DNA of 43,113 nt, taken from Sphaeroforma arctica JP610. Taxonomy: Eukaryota. The translations under genes were made by a program, and so were the position numbers. The stretch is from positions 32,721-75,833 of the forward strand of contig NW_014040480.1 of NCBI RefSeq assembly GCF_001186125.1, given 5' to 3'. Positions 24,316-36,209 of the stretch are shown here, one piece after another; the stretch's first letter is position 1, and the number at the start of each line of letters is the position of its first letter. The notes below the pieces were generated by a model that was not told the DNA's origin, searched no databases, and was given only the letters and a program-made list of their open reading frames with translations.

Positions 24316-27300
24316 ATGGCCGACGAAAGTGAACCAGAGCGAGGAGTGCCCCTACCTCTCCGGTTGGGAGAAACGTTCTATCAAGATGCTCCCACGTTCT
24401 ATAATATAGCATGTAAGTGATATGATGTAGATCCTACTGTTCTATTATGTAGGTCCATCACAAAAGAGTATATATATATATGTGTGCGTGTGTCTGTGTG
24501 TGTGTCTGTGTCTGTGTCTGTGTGTGTGTATGTATATATGTAATGTATGTATGTATTTACGTATGTATGTATGGGTATGTATGTTTGTATTTATGTATGT
24601 TTGTGTGTTTATGTATGTATGTATATATATATGTGTGTGTGTGTGTGTGTTTGTGTGCGTGCGCGTATTTGTGTATATTTGTGTATCTATGTGTCATGTA
24701 TCTATATATTTTGATACGCCTCCTCGTATACTCCCCCTCGCGTTAGCCTTGAATCCAATCTGCATGGTGCGCTAACCACATCTGAAGCCTTTAACAGTAT
24801 GTCAGGCACAGTTATGCTGAGCACTCCTAACAGAAGCAACCATTCGCCTGTCCTTATGTTTTCTAGTTGGTGTAGCTTGCATTACACGTAGCCCTATATG
24901 TATCATCTCATCCTCACCCCTGTGGTCGCAGATAAGGTCAAAATGGGCCCATTCGGTTTCTAAATTCTTCTATTATCGTTCGCATCTATCCGAATCCGTA
25001 AGATATATACAAGTCCCTAACACCAGTGCTACACTGAGTGATAAATTCGGCCCGTGCTTATGGCTAAGGCAACATCGTATCTCGTTGTCCATACATACCA
25101 CCAAGCAAAGCGAGAGAGTATGTATTGTAGGTAGCACGGTACACGCTCCCACTTTTATCATTTTGTGCCTAATAAGCCTTCCTGTGTTCACCCAATTGTG
25201 TATTTTGGCAGTTGACTTCAAGCCCGGGAAGATAGACCTGGAACAGGCCGGCTCGATAAACATCGACGGCGCATCGGTGAACGTAGGGTTCCAGACAAAT
25301 AACGACAACGTATGTCTAATCCAATTGGTGGGGTGGTGGCGTGTGCATTCGAGGGTGCGTGTGCGTCTAGTAGGGTTTGAATAGAGAGGGAGGTGTGATG
25401 AGTGTCAGTGTGTGTAGGTCTTTGCACATGGGTGAGACTTCAAGGGCGAGTGTGTGTAAGTGTGTGTGTGTGTGTGTGTGTGTATGGGTGTGTGTGTATG
25501 TGTGATGAGTGTGGATTCTCCCATTGTGCATGACGCGTGGCTGTCCACACAACCTTTAACCCCTAAAACATATTCCATTCTTCAAATGACGCATATTGTG
25601 CCCTATACGTTAACTATCAATGGTACAACGCACACACTCTCACAGAGACTGCATAAACGTGCATCTCCCTCTATACCGTACGGTATGCAGTGATTCAGTA
25701 TAGTACGCGGCCGAGCACATACTATCGCATGCATGTACACTTGACCACATACGAATGGGAGCGTCGTCATGATTCCCTTGAGCATGCCTATGTATAGCTT
25801 TTGCAATGCTGTATACATTCGCTGCCTCATATGTTACTGTCCGTGTCCTCACCCATGTATGTGCATGTGTAGCCTGAAGATTCATCACACTCGTCTGTAT
25901 AATAACACTCACCTATATCCTACCTACTCACCCGTGTATGTGCATGTGTAGCCCGATGATTTCGTCTACTACCAAGGAGCTAAGAGTGACACCGGCGGCA
26001 AAGATGCGATCATCGTCTACGATCCCGAGACCCAAGAATACACGCTGCAACTGGTGTGTTTGTGTGTGAGAGAGAGAGAGAAATGGTGTTTTGTGTGTGT
26101 GTGTGTGTATGTGGAGGGGGGGGGATGGTGTTGTCCCGGTTGTTTGTGTACATGAAAGTGTAGTTTGCACTCGAGTGCTGGGGATAGTTTTATGTACCAA
26201 GCATACTCTGTGTATGGTGTGTGTGTGTGGTATATGTGTGCTGTGCATAAGGCTTTGGTTCGCACCTCCTGCTAGGCTCGTTCTTGTTTGGAAGTTGGCG
26301 TACCATATACGTACGTAGTTGCATTCGTTGATGGGCAGCTGTTATCACTGAAGCTCGGTACATGTGCACGTCCGCATGTGCAAGCATGTACTCATTGCGA
26401 CTTCATACGAACTTTATTCGACTACACTCCCTCGGCGAATGTCTTTGGCACTGCCCTTCGTGTGCTTTGGCAGTTGGGACGTTATCCACACACATTGATA
26501 GACATACATTGCGTGTGTCGCTTAGTAGCTATGTAGGATGCATGGTCAGTGGTTTGAGGACGACTTCGTTCTAGTGCATCTACTCTCAGGCATAATTACA
26601 ATATATGCCGCAAACAAATTTGCACTTTCATCCAGGTGCAAGTGAGCCCAAAAATTTGAAATAAGTCCAAGTGAGCCCAAAATTTTCTTCGGGTGGGTTG
26701 GTGCGGCGAAACATTGCAGCGTGGCCTATGCTTGCTATGCGCGCGATAGAAGATCACCTCACAAGTACAGGAGTGTGTAGAACATCATGCTTAGCGTACA
26801 GACGCTGTATTTGTGTGTGTATAGCGTCGTTGCTGGTTGTGCGGGTGTGTGCAAGTGCATTTCACCGTATATTGACATACGTTGAACGATATAGGTCTTG
26901 TCTAATAGTCTATCTTCATTGCCCAAATGGCGGACTACAAACGGCAGCCCATTTTCATACACTTTGGCACGCATGCATCTACAACTACTCTCTTTACTAC
27001 AAAGTACGCCTTACCCGCGCGCGACTGTTAATCAAAAATACGCCTAGAACGTAACTTGTAAACGCCTGCAATGTTGTTTAATCAATTTAACCCAAAACAC
27101 GCCTATAGCGTTGCTTGTACGCTTTCTAATCCCAAATACGCCCACAACGTAGTTTAAGCAAGCTAACCTAAATTACATATGTATGGTCGTTTGGCAGGTG
27201 CACACTCATGTGCGGTTAAAGCAAATACGCGACACGACGGAGATGTCATTCCCGGATGTCTCGAATAAAACCAACCTGCACGATCTTCAAGCCATGAAGG

Positions 27301-28727
27301 CAGAAGGCTACCACGACGGTACGACACCACACCCACACTCGCTCGTGCGGTTACACATGTGTCTGCGTGCACGCATGCATGCATACATACAAGCGCATAG
27401 ATATGCACATGGCACATGTATCTGCGTGTGTATGCATGCATACATACAAGCACATCGATATGCACATATCAGTCCATACGCTGCTGTATTGCATTGCGGC
27501 TTGACTCCGTGGAGGACAGCCCCAGCCACACCCTTTAGGGGATATGGAACACGATTGCTTATTTATGTGCGGATGTATGTGATTGATCATGCCATTGGCG
27601 ATTGTTTATGTATGTGTGGATGTATGTGATTGATCATGCCACAGGGCACACACGCGATCTATCTGTACCAAGTAGTAGGGTGCAACCGTTTACTGGCACG
27701 CATAGCTATACCCGTCAGTAGGGGCGGTCTGCCTCGTTGCATGCACACAACACGTGTTCAACGGTGTAGGCCATTTGGGGTGGGATGTATATCAGCTGTT
27801 CTCCAGTGGGCAACGTCTGCCACCCGCGTGTCTGTACCGTGTGCGTACACGGCACACAATATCCACGTGTCCTAGTACATACGCGACAAGTGTGTGGAGG
27901 GTTGTGTCTAGGCAAAGGCTTGTGTGGGGAAGTGTTCTGCTCGTATGCATTGTATACGTCATACATAAATATATATATATATATAGATCTCCGTTTGCTG
28001 TGCATCTCGTGCTGTGTGTGGTCGTGTACATCACTTGGATCAATCCAATCACGCGCACGGGATGGCAAGTGTCCCCACTGGCGCACCCTGCCATTGCGTA
28101 GCACTGTACATGCTTGTCTCACGCTCTTATGTGTATGCACCTCGTTTTATTTGTTAGGATTTATAATATCTCACACTCTTATTTTATTTTTTTTGGACTT
28201 GTAATATCAGGACCGCGCGCGAGGCTCACCAGCATTGGCAGTGGCTTGTTCAGTGACGACGAAGCCAAATACAGAGACAGCCCAAGTATGTTACGGAGCA
28301 CCCCTTGTTTGCGTGTTAATGTGACTCCGCACATAATCATGCGTGTCATTTTTGTACGTGCAAAATCTGTGTAGGTACCATTCAGACCCAAGAAAGCAAT
28401 ATCATTTATTTACAATCATCGTAAAGGTCCCCATCGTGACTCTTATACACCTGAACTGGGGCATATGGCGCAACACTTTTAATGGCGGATCCTCCAATTG
28501 TCTGGCAACGGTTGTTTGTGTGCTCTCGTCCTATCCGCGAGTATATGAATCACAGCTGTGGTGTGGGATACTTTCTCTGTGTGTATATAAACCTCTGACC
28601 TATTGTTCTCCTGGCGGGAACTCATCAAGCAACGGTTGTCCGCTTTCCACGCGTACACACCTTTGCACTCGCACACTGCTAGTAGTGTGGCCTATTAAAC
28701 TAGAACTATATGTAAACGTATATGTAT

Positions 28728-28813
<86 letters not shown>

Positions 28814-30362
28814 GTATGTATATATATGTATATATATATATACATGTCTGTATATGTCTATATATATATATGTATGTATATGTATATATATGAATATGTA
28901 TATATATATATCTATGTAAATGTATGCATGCTAAACCTGCGCCTGGCGCAGCAAGCTTCAACCGTACGCACTTTGCCATCTCATACTGAACGCGCATTGA
29001 CGATTCAGCACAAGCTCGTGTTTGTGTCACTGATGTGAGCGTTTCGCTATAAACACGCGAGTGCTTAGTAATATTGGCCTTGTGTGTTGTGTGCAACATG
29101 TGCACGCACGCTATTGCATGGACCTTCGTTTGCATGCTGGTTGCGAGGTTCCTGGTGAGTAGGAATAAGTAAAATCACCCAAATTTGATTTCATATCAAC
29201 ATGCTACAATATACAATTTAATTTACAACAGTTGCCTATATGTATATATATATATATATGAATATATGCAGCACGCTACTAATGTGGGTAACGCTGCATC
29301 AATCGCTTGCGTTACGCATCCAGGTGGCCAGGATGTGCAGGTGCACGACTTGGAAGACATGGACGAGATGGATGACGCACACCAGGAATCATATCAGGAG
29401 CCAACGAGAATGGATACAATGGATATGGACAATAAAGGAGGAGTGGATCCGTACCTCTCTACCCAGGATCAGGACAGCTACACGGACGAGGAAGAGCCCG
29501 ATGCCGTGTCACAGAATGTTGACGACAGCATTGGTGCAAATACCAGGTACGTGTGATATGTTGTAGGCAGGTGTGATACGTCGTGTGCCCCTTGGCGGTC
29601 ACCAGATTCCTCTGGTTCAATAGATTGGCAGTTTGTTCTGCTTCGCGCTGAGTGTAAGCCAAAGCCATGTGTATATGCCTATTCATCTCGGTTGCGGATG
29701 TATCGTGCTTGGAGACTATACTGAGTCAGATGATCGTTTTGGTTGTGGAATTGATATCCCGATGTAGTAGGCAGGTATCGTAGGGAGTAAAGCCTGCCAT
29801 CTCACCTATCCTGTCTCTATCCTATGTTGTATGTTGTGTTGGTTAGTTATCGCTCACCGGCCAGAGCCATGGTTTCCGATGCAACGCTCTACTTAAATAT
29901 AGTTGGTACAACGTATGACAGCTTAGAATCCTGTCTCTGCCCTGTCCCAATTCCATTTCAGGGATGCATTGGTCATGATCACTGCTTTTGTGCCATTGTG
30001 CGTCACGCCACACCCATTGTCCACACTATCACACGCATGCCGAGCGTTACAAGTCCGGCAGGGTATGCTTACCATGGTTACTGTGAACGCTTTGTCTGAG
30101 TATTTTCGGTCTGGAGAGATGCATTCGGTTCTCATATACACTTGTTTAGCATGTATACTCTTCCAGAACTTTCCCAGCTTCATAAACAGTGTCACTACCT
30201 AAGCGAACGAATTCCCGCATACACGTCATTACAATCCCTATTGAATACTATACGTCTCCGGAAGATTGATCTGCTATATATGCAGTTCATAGGTAGATGC
30301 ACTTTGTGCACGCACACAAACGCCCACACACACACATACACTCACATACACTCACATACACT

Positions 30363-30394
<32 letters not shown>

Positions 30395-31182
30395 GCTTTA
30401 AGGACAGGAGGAGGAGCAGTGAAGGGTTGGATGTGAGTAGCAGTTCGGGATCATCCTCGGGCAGTGACTCTGAAGGCGAGCATCTGAGTCGGAAGGCCAG
30501 TATGACAAGTGTCAACAGTGTCAAAAGTGTACAAATTGTCACGTCGTTCCGCGAGATGGCAGACGCCCAGCAGCAGGACGGGAGCGGGGACGGTGCTGCG
30601 AGTGCTAAAAATAGCCCAGTCCATGCACCCGAAAGTTCGGTACGTTTTTGCTTTGGTTTTGGTTTTGGTTTTTGGTTTTGGTTTTTTGGGGAATATGCAC
30701 CATTAGTAGGTTTGTATGCAGGAGCACTCTTGGCGTAGCGATGTGTCCTGTGGTATCTCCGTGTATGCACACAAGCTGACTTCTTCTGTTACCTTCACCT
30801 GGTATCACCTGAAACTGTAGACTGCGGCAATCACACACCAGGACTCGGTCGCAAGCAATTCCGCGGGCGCCACAGACGCAGAAGGTAGGTGCCTGTGCTG
30901 CATAGAGGTGTTAACAGCGTGTCATATCTCTTCCCCAGGAGAGACTTCGTGTCTGACTCAGCATATGGCCCAATGGATCATGTGCTTCGCTAAAAGGCAA
31001 TACAGTTATTCTATAGTAAGAACTCGAGATAAAATTGGACTTTATCTCGATGCCACACGGATATAGGTCGATAATAGTCGGGTTTCAATAATGTTTGTTA
31101 TACTTATCTCGGTGCACAGGTTTATACTGTATTTAAGGTACCCATATATATACATATACATGTGCGTATGTATGTATGTATG

Positions 31183-31213
<31 letters not shown>

Positions 31214-31489
31214 ATTTATATATATGTGTGTGTGTGCGTATGTATGTATGTTTGTATGTATGTATATATATATATTATATATATATAAAAATATTATATA
31301 TGTGTGTGTGTGTGCGTGAGTGTCTGTGTGTGTGTGTGTGCATATATATGTGTGTACGTGTATGATCTCATAATATCCAATTTCTATCATCGAACAGAGA
31401 TCGGGCGGCGGCGTTCGTCTACGGGTCTGAATATGAACATGGCTGATCTCGACGACGGACTGGACTTGAGCGAATCTGACAGTGATTAG
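24316..31489 (+). CDS. EAF: ELL-associated factor (EAF1/EAF2 family transcription elongation factor), ~371 aa
   Basis: Exons 24316-24412, 25212-25309, 25952-26053, 27198-27318, 28211-28285, 29324-29546, 30396-30639, 30821-30884, 31398-31489 total 1116 nt with consistent phases. EAF domain: [41 protein letters not shown]. It has an acidic/Ser-rich middle ([13 protein letters not shown]) and the EAF-like terminus [14 protein letters not shown]. Confidence 0.85.
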
Positions 31490-32097
31490 CGTTGCAGGTG
31501 GCCCATATAAAGACCCCCCATGTTGTTCCATTGATGGCATTGATAGAGCGTTTAGTGTCACAGGTGGCCTATATAAAGCCCCCGTGTTGTTCCATTGATG
31601 GCATTGATACAGCGTTTAGCGTCACAGGTGGCCCATATAAAGACCCTCCATGTTGTGCATTGATGGCATTGATACAGCTTTTAGCGTCTTAGAGGCCCAT
31701 ATCAAGGCCCCCCATGTTGTTCCATTGATGGCATTGATAGAGCCTTTAGCGTCACAGGTGGCCCATATAAAGACCCCTCATGTTGTTCCATTGATGGCAT
31801 TGATAGAGCCTTTAGCGTCACAGGTGGCCCATATAAAGACCCCCCATGTTGTTCCATTGATGGCATTGATACAGCGTTTAGCGTCACAGGTGTCCCATAT
31901 AAAGACCCCTTATGTTCCATTGATGGCATTGATACAGCGTTTAGCGTCACAGGTGTCCCATATAAAGACCCCTTATGTTCCATTGATGGCATTGATACAG
32001 CATTTAGCGTCACAGGTGGCCCATATAAAGACCCCCCGTGTTGTTCCATTGATGGCAGGTGACCCATATAAAGGCCCGCCATGTTGTGCATTGATGC
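31486..32097. repeat. ~66-bp tandem minisatellite (about 9 copies, some 63-65 bp) immediately 3' of the EAF stop codon
   Basis: Unit CAGGTGGCCCATATAAAGACCCCCCATGTTGTTCCATTGATGGCATTGATACAGCGTTTAGCGTCA is repeated. The ORFs over it are repetitive by-products. Confidence 0.96.
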
Positions 32098-33368
32098 AAG
32101 CTAAGCGGCACAGTTACAGTTCCCACACCTTTCATTAAACTATATATGTTGCGAATCAATCTAGCGCGTGTGTGTGTGTGTTGTACATTCACCTATCGTG
32201 TGCCTGTCATCCTGTTCATACCATCGCGTATTGAACGCGCGTCCCCGTCGCTAGGTTCGTTGCTATGCGCTGTCGTGGTCATAGACCACTTTGGTACTAG
32301 TCGCAGGTATGTTCCGTGAGTCCGTTGACAGTGGGCAACATGTGCTGAAGTCCACAGTGAAGACTGAGTTGTCGTTTGTGTAGAATGGCTTCTCTTCGGT
32401 GCTGGATCGCTCAACCTTGGGTTTCCTCGATACCATATCACTGCATCAATGCAGAGGGGCGCGACATTAGTAACTTGTCTATCCTGTGCATAGGAGCATC
32501 TCTCCCTGTCTCTACCAACCCACCCAGTCAGTCATACACACGAGCCATCACATGCTAAACGCCTACGCTCACGAGTGTCAGTAGCTTACCTACAGAACCA
32601 CCGGAGAATAACAACGTCACACGTGACACGTAACACGCAGATATACTCGCGCCATGGCCTGAGCTACAGTACTGGTTTCAGTGGCAGACATGTGGACGAC
32701 TTCGCTTAGTGTGTGTGTTTCTGGGTGACATGCACTCTATAAGACTTAGCACACACTTGTGTATGGGCTTTAAAGTACAAGCGATCGCTGTGACATGCAC
32801 GCTATACGAACTAGCACATGTTTGGGTATGGGTTTCAAAGCACCAGCGCGTGTTAAGCCTGTAGTGGCGTGGCCTGCCTGCTCAGCATGGAAGCCACTTC
32901 GTACGTGTGTTGAAGTGGCGACGTTGACGGTACACTGAGGTTACTTGCTTCTGTTCACTAGCACGTGCCTATGCAATAAACCAGGTGTACAGCTACGCAC
33001 GATTTAGTATAGGCGCCATTGTACTAGTACACGTCGGGAGGGAAAGAAACGTGTATCCCCCACACGAAAGTCGCTGGCAGGCCATACGCTAGCACACCTC
33101 TACATGAAACAAGGGTTAATGATAATGATAATAATGTGCGTGTCCATGAGGTCAAAACTTACAAGAGGCTATACAGAATATAGCTACGTACGCGATATTG
33201 TGATCGCTTACTAGGTACCTAGGCAATAGTTGTGCGTGCATGCTGTATGATATCTGCAAATGGGAAGCATAACGGCTGTGTATGCTACTGTGTTCCAATC
33301 TGCATCCTACGAACACTCCCGGTATCAGAACTGTCATACTGTACCATATGTATACTATCTTTAGTTAT

Positions 33369-34100
33369 TTATCTTCTAGCACACTTCTTCACAGGGAAGC
33401 AATACGACGGCAGTTGTAGCATATTCGGCTCAATCTCTTTCGTGTATGTGTTGGGATCGATGGTAATCTGGAACGGGTTGTCTCCAGTAAAACTAGCCCC
33501 GCCATCATACAGCTCACACAATGCACCCGTCTTCTGACTAAAAGCTACACGATCAGGTGTACTGGACTCAATCACCCACTCATCACACGCAACACCGTTG
33601 TAGTTCCTAATCCCTGCGTAATGGAAGGGAGCAGCCGTGACCCACTGTGGGTTTAGCGTACCACAGCCTTCTTGGCAGTACAAGCAGCACTCTCGTGTGT
33701 TGGGCCAGATTAGGAACCTTGACGCCCCATCCGTGCTATGGTGAATGCAGGGAGTCTCGTCGCCAGGCTTCACACGGTCACAAATGGGATTGAACTTACT
33801 AACTGGTCGGTATATGGCCTGTGTGCCATGAGCGTACGAGTATAGCATCCACCCTCTCTCACTCTGCTGTTGATTCTGATACCAAGTGTCCTCAGTGAAT
33901 GCTGCGTAGAATTCGGTCGGCCATGTGGGTTTCAGAAATGGCTTATCGCCTGCACTGTGCTCTTCTTGTGCCTGGAATGCATCAAGCACATGGTGGTTAT
34001 GTTCAGGCGCAGTTACGGCATGTGGCGATTTGAGGTTGATTGACGAAGCTATAGTTGTGCTGACGGCTGGAATAACTAATAACATATGATGTGGGTACAT
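33369..34100 (-). CDS. Intronless, Cys-rich, probably secreted or lysosomal protein (243 aa), possibly ependymin-related/LolA-like fold
   Basis: Uninterrupted non-repetitive ORF with a hydrophobic N-terminus (MLLVIPAVSTTIAS). The pattern PTWPTEF..GWMLYSY..C..C..ECC..C..GCGTLNPQWV..YAG..NGVACDEW..LPSYC recalls ependymin-like proteins of protists and plants. The family call is an inference. Confidence 0.75.
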   Translation of the reverse strand: MYPHHMLLVIPAVSTTIASSINLKSPHAVTAPEHNHHVLDAFQAQEEHSAGDKPFLKPTWPTEFYAAFTEDTWYQNQQQSERGWMLYSYAHGTQAIYRPVSKFNPICDRVKPGDETPCIHHSTDGASRFLIWPNTRECCLYCQEGCGTLNPQWVTAAPFHYAGIRNYNGVACDEWVIESSTPDRVAFSQKTGALCELYDGGASFTGDNPFQITIDPNTYTKEIEPNMLQLPSYCFPVKKCARR

Positions 34101-35369
34101 AGTGCGATGCTTGTGTGATAGCGTGCGAATGCAACGAACTCACTGCTTAAACTCGTAGACGGAGTGTGTTGACATTATCATTTATTTACACACACGTCAA
34201 GCAGATTTTAAAGCACGCCTAAGGTGATATTATGATTTGCGCTAAATAATCAGCCAAAAGCATAGCCTTCAAGAAAAAGCCCTAAAAGGCTAAAACGGTA
34301 CAATTTAGGTCTATGCTAAAATTTGGGGTTTTTTTTAAATTTCAACGAATAGATTCATTTATAAATATGCGAAGTAATGTTTATCAAAGAGCCAATAATC
34401 ATTTAGATATCGGGAGTCTATAACTCTACTTACACCTCTATATTGTGTCGGTTGTATAACCCATGTTGTACTCTAACACTGGTACCTGTTGCTCTGGACC
34501 GTTGTCTGAGATTCTAGACTGCAGCCTACTATCTCATTGGCTGAAAAATGAGCCTTCGGTCAGATACTATGGATTTCTGGCGGTATTTCTCACATATTCC
34601 ATAGTATTTTATTAGTGGCCTGACCAAATTTGTTGCACCTACAGTTGGAAAATACCATCGAATATTGCAACTTTGTACAACTTTTGCGCGTGTTTCAAGA
34701 ATCTACAACTTTCGATTGGTAGAGAACTAATGTATTTCTGGAAAAGTTCACAAACGGTTGTACAGAATCTAAAGTGAAAATCAGTAAACAAGCAAATAAT
34801 GAACACAGCACGCAAATATGTACAAAGTACGTTGCAGTTTGTTTGTGATTCACAAGCACTCGCAGGTCAGCGAATAGGTGATACGATGGCTCCCTCGCAT
34901 AGCAATCTCAAACGATATGCAAAAAAAAACTACAAGGATTTTCTGCAATACTGGCAACCATAAAAACATGTTACTCCGGTAACTAATAATCCAAGTGCAA
35001 CAAGCTTTGTAACACCATCTGACGACCTCAACAGAATCGTCTAGGACCCAACTGCGACATTGCATCGCGCATAACCGGCGATTCTACACTCTTTTGCCGA
35101 CGTTGTCGGGTACTTGGTATCAGAGGAACAACATACGCACATCGATTTCAATGAACTTTCGTACACAAACTTCAGTTACCAACAATAACCCCTCGTTCGT
35201 TTAGTGGTTTCAGATTTGAGTTGTACCACAATCTTTTGTGAAAACAGAAAACCCGCTGAATATTTTCCTAGCTGATACGAATAAGAACCTGAGCTGGTAA
35301 AGAGGAAGTTCAATGATCATATTACAACACATTACAACTGACTGATAAAGAAGCTACAATAGTCAACTG

Positions 35370-36133
35370 TGTAATAGCCGGGCCTCCACATTAGACTTTA
35401 TACTATAAACGTACTCTTAAGCAGTACGTAAACTATAACCGTACTCTTAATAGTACGAGGAACTTAAGTTTCCTAAATGGGTTTTAATGGTTTTATTGAT
35501 TAATACCTTTTCCATTTTACATATCAGATATTTGGACAAGGCCATTAAAAGGGCCCCAGTAAATACCAACATAAGAGTTGGTCTAGTTCTATAAATAGAA
35601 CTATATTTACTTTCCAAATCTATTTATATCTGAATACTTCGGTAGCGAGATGGCTCATCCGAATATAGGTTTCTAGGGACTATTAACGTTACCTAGTTGA
35701 TCCTCCGATCAACCAACCAAATGTGCCAGTCTGATGAAGGCTATGTCGGTAATTCTTGATAAATGGCAAGTTATTGGTTAATGCAATAACTAAGGACAAC
35801 AGGAGTATTTTTTTTCTATTATTTTTCTTCTAAAGATAGGATTTTATGAGTCTCTCGGATTCGCCTGAACGAAACATACCATAGTATCTAATAGAGCGAC
35901 AGCGAAACACTAAATAAAATCATTTCCGCGGATACAGTACTGAGAGGATTATATATAGGCAATGTCTCAGCCTCACAATCCCTCAGAATAATGCTGTTTT
36001 CACGAGGCATACCTAACTTTACTACAAGACTCATTTCGTTTATTTACCTTAATATTTTCACGATACTTAGAATTTACATACGCGTTTATTTATTCTAAGG
36101 CGTTAATATCGCCTTGATAGACCGAATCTTACA
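35370..36133 (+). repeat. 5' LTR (764 bp)
   Basis: TGTAATAGCCGGGCC...CGAATCTTACA aligns end to end with 41842-42605 at roughly 85-90% identity by eye. The boundary could extend 2 bp (TGTGTAA). Confidence 0.93.
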
Positions 36134-36209
36134 CATTTTTAAGTTAACAAAGGTATTAATTACTTAGACTACTTAAGCGTAAAGGTAGATTAACTACCAC
36201 AAAAAATTT

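Noticed and set aside
31492..32192. Repeat-protein ORFs (QVAHIKTPHVVPLMALI.. / SMPSMEQHGGSLYGPP..)
   Set aside because: These are translations of a minisatellite whose unit length is a multiple of three. They are open on both strands and broken by unit indels.
35731..35880. Hammerhead ribozyme in the LTR (CTGATGA at 35731, CGAAAC downstream), as in retrozymes
   Set aside because: CTGATGA lies within a small local hairpin (AGTCT-GATGA-AGGCT). No stem II followed by GAAA and no stem III/UH could be built consistently in both LTR copies.
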